Shown here one piece after another: positions 56,299 through 64,000 of a DNA stretch of 64,000 nt (position 1 is its first letter; each line of letters opens with the position of its first letter). The position numbers and the translations under genes were made by a program. This stretch comes from Dictyostelium discoideum (lineage: Eukaryota): positions 736,001-800,000 of the forward strand of contig CM000150.2 of NCBI GenBank assembly GCA_000004695.1, in the 5' to 3' direction. The notes under the pieces were generated by a model. It had not been told where the DNA came from. It ran no database searches and saw only the letters and a list, made by a program, of their open reading frames with translations.

Positions 56299-59200
56299 AT
56301 GATGAAAAGCGATGAAGGTGTGAGTGGGAATAGTAATAATAATAATAATTATAAATTCAAAGATAATACATTTAGAAAGTATGGAGTTGAAGTTGTAGCA
56401 TATGATAATAACAACAATAATAATAATAATAATAATAATAATGATGATAATAATACAGTAACAGTGAATTCAAGAGGATTTCATATTTCAATACATCCAT
56501 TTTCATTTAGAAATAAATTAACTATTAATCAAAATAATGGTAGTATTGGAGGATCATCATCATCATCATCAACATCAAATTCAGTATCAACACCAAAACC
56601 ACAATCATTCTATGTCGATGATGCAGGTATTGCTAAACAATTGAATCAATCTGTATTTGATATCTTATCAAGATCACGTTATTTATCTTCATTATCACAT
56701 GAGAATTTAGCTGAATTCATTGCTGCTGAACCTTCTCAAAAACATCATGGTAATTATTTATTTATTATTATATTTATTAATTGATTGAGATTCATCAAAC
56801 TGAACTGAACTGAATACACTCACCAATTAGTATACATACTAATTTTACATATTTATTATATAATACATTAATAATGTATTTAGATCAAATGTTAATTGTT
56901 TCAGAAGACTATAAGAATTCATTAGAGAAACAAATAGAGATACAAGCGAAAAGACAAACACCAATCCCATCCAATACAATCGGAAGATATGCTTATCAAA
57001 TATTGAAAGCATTATCATATTTACATAGTCAAGATTTAACTCATAGAAGTTTATCATTGGATAATATTAAATTAGATGATAATGTATGTGTTACATACAA
57101 TTTAATTTATATAATAATAACTATTATTATTTAAATATTAATTTCTTTTGTTTTATTATTATTTACTACGAAATTTCGTATTATTTTATATTTAGAATCA
57201 AATTAAATTAACAAATTATGGACTTTATTATTTATCAGATCATGGGGAGAATGTATCATTCCCAATTGGTAATTTATTATATCTTTCACCTGAATCAATA
57301 TTAAGAGGTGCAAAAGGATCATCAAATACCAAAGCAGATGTATGGGCATTAGGTTGTATTTTATTACATATTTGTTTAGGTTATTGTATTTGGCAAGATA
57401 ATAATCCATCAATTGTAACAAATAGAATATTACATTTATCTGGTTATTCAACAACTCAATCTTTTAATTCAATTTCTAAATCATTTGAACAATGTGAATT
57501 AAAAAAAACAATAATAAATGAAAAACAACATGAAGAATATGAAGAATATGATGATGATGAAGATATAAGTGAAGAAGAAAAGGAGAAAAGAATTAAAGAT
57601 ATTAAATTAAATAATAGAGATAATATGAATAATTTTATAAATTCATTAAAAAGAGAAGAAAAAGAAAATAGTGATAGTAATAGTGGTAGTAGTAATAGTA
57701 ATATAGGTATAGGATTAAATGGTTTAGGTAAAGAATTAATTGAAATAATTGAACAATGTTTAATACCAAATCCAATGGATAGACCAGATAGTGAAACATT
57801 ATTAGATCATCCTTACTTTAATGAATATAAAAATATTGATCCATATCAATTACAATGGATAATTAAACCATTTACAAAGAGTTGGGATTTACCAGATAGT
57901 TTAGAATCTTTAACTTTAAAAGAGATTGAATCCTATGGACATATTGGTAGTGATAATAATGGTGGTGGTGGTGGTGGTGGTGGTGAATCTGATAGTGATA
58001 TTTACTCTGGTAAAGAGATTTATTACTTTTGGAAATTATTAGGTGGTAATATTGAAAAGGAATTAGTTAATAAAGGATTTGCAAAAGCATCACCATCGGT
58101 TCATAAATTACCATTATATGTACCAGTTAAAGCCTCATTAACTGAATCAACTAATAGTGGTTTAAATTCACCACAACCCTATCAACATCAACATCATCAA
58201 CATCAACATCAACATCAACATCCAAATATAATTAAATCAAAAAATTCAACAGTATATAATAATGAATTTTGTTTAGTTGAATTAAGTAATGTTTTTTTAA
58301 AAATTAAAGAATCATTTAAATTATATGGTAGTAAAGTTTTTGAAGAAGGTATTGAACAATCAAATAATAATAATAATAATAGATTTAATAATATTGAAAA
58401 TAATATTGAATTACAAATTATAATCATTAGAGAATTTCATAAATTATTATATCAATATCAATATGATGATCCAACATTATCACAACCAAAGATATATAGA
58501 TTAGCAAAATTATTTGTACCACCAATTTTAAGAGGTGATATTTGGTCTTCGATTTTAGGTGTAAATGAAAGAGAAGCAAAACAATTGTATAATAGTATCA
58601 ATTTAGATGTTAAAGGTCCAAATGATAAACAGTTTGAATTGGATATACCAAGATGTCACCAATATCATCCATTATTATCATCAAGACAAGGTCATGTACA
58701 ATTATTCAAGATTTTAAAGGCATGGTCATTATTGAATTTAGAGAAGGGTTGCTATTGGCAAGGATTGGATAATGTGGCTTCACCGTTTTTAGTACACCAT
58801 TTCTTTAATGAACCAATTGCATTCGCTTCGTTGAAGGCTTTTGTTGACAAGTATCTCTCCATTCTTTATGTGCCAAATAACCATGCTGCCCTATCAGAGA
58901 TTATGTTGATCTATCAACAACTATTGGCTTATCACGATCCAGAGTTATTGAATCACTTGATGGATATTCAATTGGATCCAAACCTTTATTCAATTCCTTG
59001 GTTTATCACTGTGTTTGCTCATATCTTACCAATTGATAAATTGGAGATACTTTGGGACTCGATTTTATTATGTCCTTCAAGTTTACCAAATTTCATTGCT
59101 GCCTCTATGATCATCCAATTCCGTGATTCAATTTTAAAGATGAATTTTGAAGATGGTATAACAATGATGTCCATGATTCCATCGGTTGATGTTCATAAAT

Positions 59201-59646
59201 GTGTTTCCGACGCTTTATCAATGTTTAATAAAACACCTCTAAGTACAACTGTCACTAAATTCGTTTCAAATACTGATCAAGAGCTATGGTGGATGCAAGA
59301 AGTACCCTTTGAAAAAAGAAAATTAGAATTATTCCCACGTATTGATATTCATGATTTAATCAATGATCAACAAAAGGTAATACTAGATATTAGAACACCT
59401 TTACAATTTCAACAAATTCATTATCCTTCCTCTATAAATGTTAATCCAAAGTTATCCAAACTTCAGCAACAAATGGAACAATATAAAGGTCAACAAATTG
59501 TTGTAATTGCCCCAAAAGATCAAGGTGTAGATTTCACAAATCAATTAATTCAATGGAAATTCCCTTTTGTTTCAATGTTAAATGGTGGTATGGATTCTTT
59601 AGAACATGGTGCTCATAGTTTATTAATAATTTCAAATAAAAATTAA
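56299..59646 (+). CDS. tbck: TBCK-like protein: degenerate protein-kinase (pseudokinase) domain + TBC/Rab-GAP domain + C-terminal rhodanese domain; exons 56299-56749, 56905-57083, ~57196-59646 (~1026 aa)
   Basis: Kinase C-lobe remnants YLHSQDLTHRSLSLDNIKLDD, NYG in place of DFG, SPESILRG, DVWALGCILL. TBC region LDIPRCHQYHPLLSS...LFKILKAWS...YWQGLDNVASPF. Rhodanese-like VILDIRTPLQFQQIHYPSSINV...IVVIAPKDQG. Splice phases 1/0 verified. The third-exon start coordinate is +/-1. Confidence 0.7.
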
Positions 59647-59720
59647 TAAAATATTAATAATAATACCAAAATACATACACAATTATATTATATTTTATTT
59701 TATTTTATTTTTTATTTTTT

Positions 59721-61355
59721 TCAATATAAATTAAATTCATATTTCTTTTTAAATATTTTATTAAATATTTTATTTATTAATTCTGATTCAACTATATTTA
59801 ATTTACCAATTAATGGAAGTAAGAATTTAAAACAATTGTTATTTAATTGATAATGTTTATTTGAAATCCAAATTGATTCTAATGAATTTGGTGGTAAAGA
59901 ATTTATTGAAATTGGTGTTTCATCATTTAAAATTATAATATGTTTAATTGAAATTGGTAACCATTTTTTATGAACTGGTTGTTTAAATTCTAAACCTAAT
60001 TCTAAAAGTTCCAATTGTTGTGGTAATGTATTTGAAGTGATTGTTGAATTATAGTTACCAATTCTTAAACATTTTAAATTTGTAAAAACTTTAAAATCTT
60101 TAACTGGTTTAGTATAGGATTTATAATAAAATTCACTTAAATCTAATTTTATTAAATTTTTTAAACAAGTTTGTGAATGGTAATCTAATTTATAATCACT
60201 TTCAATGATATTCACTTTAATTGATTTAATACTTTGAAATTTATTTAAAAATAATTTTGATGATTTTTCAAATATCCAATAAAATAAGAAAATTGGTGTT
60301 GTTGCATTTAAATTTAGTGAACTGAATTGTGATGATAACAATTGTGGTTGTGGTGGTGCTTGAAATTGACCATGAAATGAGTTATAAAAAATTGTTAAAT
60401 TTGTAACTGATGGTGGTATCATGGATATTATATCTATGTTTGAGTCATTTAGTTTTAATAAGTTTGATATTTCTTGATTTGTTGATAAATTACCATTTTT
60501 ATTATAAACTTTTAATTGTAAATGTTTCATTCTCCAATCATTAAAATAAGCAAATGGTTGAGTTCTTAAATTTGTAATTTTAAGTTTTTCAAGTTTATTA
60601 GGTAGAGTTGTACCACTCTTGATTAAACACATATTATAGTCTCTTGGTAATGTTAATTTCTTTAATGATTGTGGTAATTCATTTGAACCAATTTCATGTT
60701 TAAAACTTGAATTTGAAGAAAACTTAATCTGTTCAATTGAATTAGGTAAATTTTTTATTGATTGATTGAATGAATGTCCAAAAATAATTACTTTTAAAAA
60801 TTTTGGTAAAACATTCTCATTTAATTCTTTATTAAAATAAGTTCCAAATTTTAATTTTCTTAATGATATTGGTAAAATGTTAACACCAATTTCTTGATTA
60901 AAAATTGAACTAAATTCTAATATTGTTAAATTTGAAAATATTGATAAACTGTTATTTGTTGACGATACAAGTGGTATATCTGGTTGATTATATACATTAA
61001 AAATTAAATGTGTTACAGGTGGTAAATTTTCACATAAATTGAAACTATTTCTAATATTATTTGGTTGATATAAACTTATTGATTCTATATAGTTTGGTAA
61101 ATTATTTAATTTTTCACTAATTTCTTCTTTTTTAATATCAACAAATTTTATAAATAATGATTTTATAAATTGTTTATTATCTTTTAAGAATTGTTGTTGT
61201 GAAAAGTTGACATCAACTGAAAATGAAAATAAATTAAACATTATTAAATATTTAAAAATTAAATTCTTTAAAACACAGTTTCTCCATATTTTAAAAAATA
61301 ATAAAGAATTAACATCATCATCATTATCACTAACATCAATCTCTATCTCATTCAT
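59721..61355 (-). CDS. FNIP-repeat-containing protein (544 aa)
   Basis: Repeats FNQEIGVNILPISLRKLKFGTYFNKELNENVLPKFLKVIIFGHSFNQSIKNLPNSIEQIKFS. C-terminal region paralogous to the 42921-43960 pseudogene. Confidence 0.75.
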   Translation of the reverse strand: MNEIEIDVSDNDDDVNSLLFFKIWRNCVLKNLIFKYLIMFNLFSFSVDVNFSQQQFLKDNKQFIKSLFIKFVDIKKEEISEKLNNLPNYIESISLYQPNNIRNSFNLCENLPPVTHLIFNVYNQPDIPLVSSTNNSLSIFSNLTILEFSSIFNQEIGVNILPISLRKLKFGTYFNKELNENVLPKFLKVIIFGHSFNQSIKNLPNSIEQIKFSSNSSFKHEIGSNELPQSLKKLTLPRDYNMCLIKSGTTLPNKLEKLKITNLRTQPFAYFNDWRMKHLQLKVYNKNGNLSTNQEISNLLKLNDSNIDIISMIPPSVTNLTIFYNSFHGQFQAPPQPQLLSSQFSSLNLNATTPIFLFYWIFEKSSKLFLNKFQSIKSIKVNIIESDYKLDYHSQTCLKNLIKLDLSEFYYKSYTKPVKDFKVFTNLKCLRIGNYNSTITSNTLPQQLELLELGLEFKQPVHKKWLPISIKHIIILNDETPISINSLPPNSLESIWISNKHYQLNNNCFKFLLPLIGKLNIVESELINKIFNKIFKKKYEFNLY

Positions 61356-61407
61356 TTTGAAATTTTTAAAAAAAAAAAAAACAATGTTTATTTTTAATGA
61401 ATTGATT

Positions 61408-61456
<49 letters not shown>

Positions 61457-61689
61457 CTTTTAGCCATTTTCTTTGATGATACAGATATATTCAAAAAAGG
61501 ACATTTTTTATACCAGTAATAAAAATCATTTTGCAATCTTCAAAGTAGTTTCTTGAGACTTTATATTGATTACCAAGAGTGTACACATACCAGGTTGAAA
61601 TTGGGGAAATAAATCCAAATCATTGTTAATTTTCTTTTCTCAATTTGATATGATTTTAAACAAATCTTTTTAAAAAAAAATAAAAATAA

Positions 61690-61890
61690 AATAAAAAAAT
61701 AAAAAATTAAGAATGACCAATCATCTTAATTTAAAAAAAAAAAATAAAAATAAAATAAAAATAAAATAAAAATAAAATAAAAATAAAATTAAAAATGACC
61801 AATCATCTTTATTTAATAAAAAAAAATAAAAATAAAATAAAAAAATAAAAAATTAAGAATAACCAATCATCTTAATTAAAAAAAAAAAAC
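61690..61890 (+). repeat. Three direct copies of a ~65-80-bp unit (A-rich (ataaaa)n + core aagaatgaccaatcatcttaatt) upstream of the 62097 gene
   Basis: Cores at ~61710, ~61793 and ~61856 (taagaatgaccaatcatcttaattt / aaaaatgaccaatcatctttattt / taagaataaccaatcatcttaatt). Each core contains a CCAAT motif. Confidence 0.6.
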
Positions 61891-62096
61891 AGATATATTC
61901 AGCAGTACACAACTTACTTTTCTTTTATTAATGAAAAAAAATTTTTTTGAAGTTCATAGGATTCAGGATTTTTTTATTTTGAAGTTCGTTGATTTCAAGA
62001 TTTTTTTTTTTTTTATCAAAAAAAATTTTTTTTTTTTTCAAATTTTTTTTTCAAATTCAATATTTTTTATTTTTTATTATTATAATTTATCTTTAA

Positions 62097-63005
62097 ATGG
62101 AACGAATGATAAATTATTTCTCTCCTTCAAAGGGAACAAAAAAACTTCAAAATGCTGTCAACGATCCAAATATAGATCAAGGATTACCATCTCATATTTT
62201 GCTTGTTAAAGTTATTGATCAGGGTAATAATAGAACTGGAAATAAAATAAGAAGAAAATTGTATAGATTTATGAAAGACACAAATAATGTTGGGGGTAGA
62301 ATTTGGTATCCAAGAGATCATGCCGAAACCTCTCAAATATATTGGGGATTCTTTGGACAGGATATTATAACTCAAGCATGGGCAGTAAACTTAATTTTGG
62401 ACTTTGAACGTTCAACGAAAATCTCTATCCCAGGAAATTGGAGATTTACTGTGGTTTTATCTAAACCTGTGGTGGATTCTGATGTAATCGGTAACCTATT
62501 AAACAAATTTAATTTCGAAGAAAACGAATTCGCCAAATTGAAAGAAGATTTTAGTGAGTTGAGCAATGCCTATGAACAACTAAAAAAAGAAGTCAAAGAA
62601 AATGAACAACTAAAAAAACAAGTCATAGAAAATGAACAACTAAAAAAAGAAGTAAAAGAAAATGAACAACCAAAAAAAGAAGTCATAGAAAATGAAAAAC
62701 CAAAAAAAGAAGTCATAGAAAATGAACAACTAAAAAAAGAAGTCATAGAAAATGAACAACCAAAAAAAGAAGTCAAACAAAATGAACAACTAAAAAAAGA
62801 AGTCAAAGAAAATGAACAACCAAAAAAACAAGTCAAAGAAAATGAAAAACCAAAAAAAGAAGTCATAGAAAATGAACAACTAAAAAAAGAAGTCAAACAA
62901 AATGAACAACCAAAAAAACAAGTCAAAGAAAATGAACAACTGAAAAAAGAAGTCAAGGAAAATGAAAAACCCAATAATTTTTCTTTTTCTGTTAAAAAAG
63001 AATAA
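62097..63005 (+). CDS. Hypothetical protein with N-terminal globular region and ~13 tandem 11-residue repeats (K-K-E/Q-V-K/I-E-N-E-Q/K-L/P-K)
   Basis: 302-aa ORF. Near-perfect 33-bp tandem DNA repeats at 62575-62975 (aaaaaagaagtcaaagaaaatgaacaactaaaa variants). Confidence 0.6.
   Translation: MERMINYFSPSKGTKKLQNAVNDPNIDQGLPSHILLVKVIDQGNNRTGNKIRRKLYRFMKDTNNVGGRIWYPRDHAETSQIYWGFFGQDIITQAWAVNLILDFERSTKISIPGNWRFTVVLSKPVVDSDVIGNLLNKFNFEENEFAKLKEDFSELSNAYEQLKKEVKENEQLKKQVIENEQLKKEVKENEQPKKEVIENEKPKKEVIENEQLKKEVIENEQPKKEVKQNEQLKKEVKENEQPKKQVKENEKPKKEVIENEQLKKEVKQNEQPKKQVKENEQLKKEVKENEKPNNFSFSVKKE
62575..62975 (+). repeat. 33-bp tandem repeat array (~12-13 units) within the CDS
   Basis: Direct reading of the sequence. 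Units differ only at 2-4 positions (gaa/caa, aaa/ata, cta/cca, caa/aaa). Confidence 0.9.
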
Positions 63006-63335
63006 AATTAAATAAAATTTTCTATTGGTATAGAAATTTATTATGCCTTTTAGGTATGATCACTTACATATTTCAAAAAACATCTACTCTTTTTAACTTA
63101 TTATAATTGTGAAAACAATATCAAAAAAAACAAAATTTTTTTTTTTCTTTTATTAATCAAATTTGTAATTTTTTGAAAAAAAAAGAATAATAATAATATT
63201 ATAATTAAAATAATTTAAAAATTAAAAAAAATTAAATAAAATTAAATATATTATTTCTTTTGATATAGATTTTTATGAAATTTTTTACTTGGGGGAAAAT
63301 TTTATTTATATTATTATTATTTTTTTTTTTTATAA

Positions 63336-64000
<665 letters not shown>

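Noticed and set aside
57190-57630. Possible additional intron or frameshift between the kinase-like exon and the 57625 ORF of the TBCK-like gene
   Set aside because: Retranslation shows a single continuous frame from the acceptor at ~57196 through the ATG at 57625. The listed ORF simply begins at the first in-frame start codon. The apparent 1-nt offset was traced to my own position counting.
62570-62974. 134-aa minus-strand ORF (MGFSFSLTSFF...) antisense to the 33-bp repeat array
   Set aside because: Mirror-image artefact of the tandem coding repeat on the plus strand. There is no independent start context, and its periodicity exactly follows the sense repeats.
62575-62975. Possibility that the regular 33-bp direct repeats are a CRISPR array
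   Set aside because: The repeats are contiguous with no spacers, lie in-frame inside a eukaryotic CDS, and the whole window is intron-containing eukaryotic DNA.

Overview
AT-rich (~75-80% A+T) eukaryotic nuclear DNA whose features all match a Dictyostelium (social amoeba) chromosome arm. The evidence is short GTAAGT...AG introns, pervasive (AAT)n/(ATT)n tracts coding poly-N/poly-Q, homopolymer A/T runs, and Dictyostelium-specific families (FNIP repeats, TRAF-like RING/MATH proteins, TRE retroelements). This is not a prokaryotic locus, and there are no CRISPR arrays or rRNA genes. Coordinates 1-10.9 kb hold two tandem, head-to-tail, full-length non-LTR retrotransposons. Each has an ORF1 and an ORF2 with APE endonuclease, reverse transcriptase and a C-terminal Cys/His motif, as in the tRNA-gene-targeted TRE elements. 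Coordinates 13.6-15.3 kb hold a tRNA-Asn(GUU) gene on the minus strand with a downstream external B-box. On both sides of it are 5'-truncated retroelement tails: one chimeric, carrying a 145-bp copy of the neighbouring gene, and one followed by tandem sub-repeats. The remainder is a gene-dense single-copy region. In order, it holds: a full-size ABCG (PDR-type) transporter immediately followed by an ABCA transporter; an S9 prolyl-oligopeptidase/acylaminoacyl-peptidase-like gene; two paralogous TRAF-like RING+MATH genes (31.1-32.6 kb and 50.3-52.0 kb) bracketing a block with a RecQ-family helicase; FNIP-repeat genes plus an FNIP pseudogene; CDC45; an F-box-like orphan; and an anoctamin/TMEM16 homolog. 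It continues with a small secreted papain/C39-like protein; a VIT+vWA protein; a TBCK-like pseudokinase-TBC-rhodanese gene; a protein with ~13 tandem 11-residue repeats; and the 3' end of an N-rich gene running off the window. Intron/exon models were derived by hand from splice signals and frame continuity. My base count ran 1 nt behind the supplied ORF coordinates after ~57.2 kb, so hand-derived coordinates there may be off by 1.
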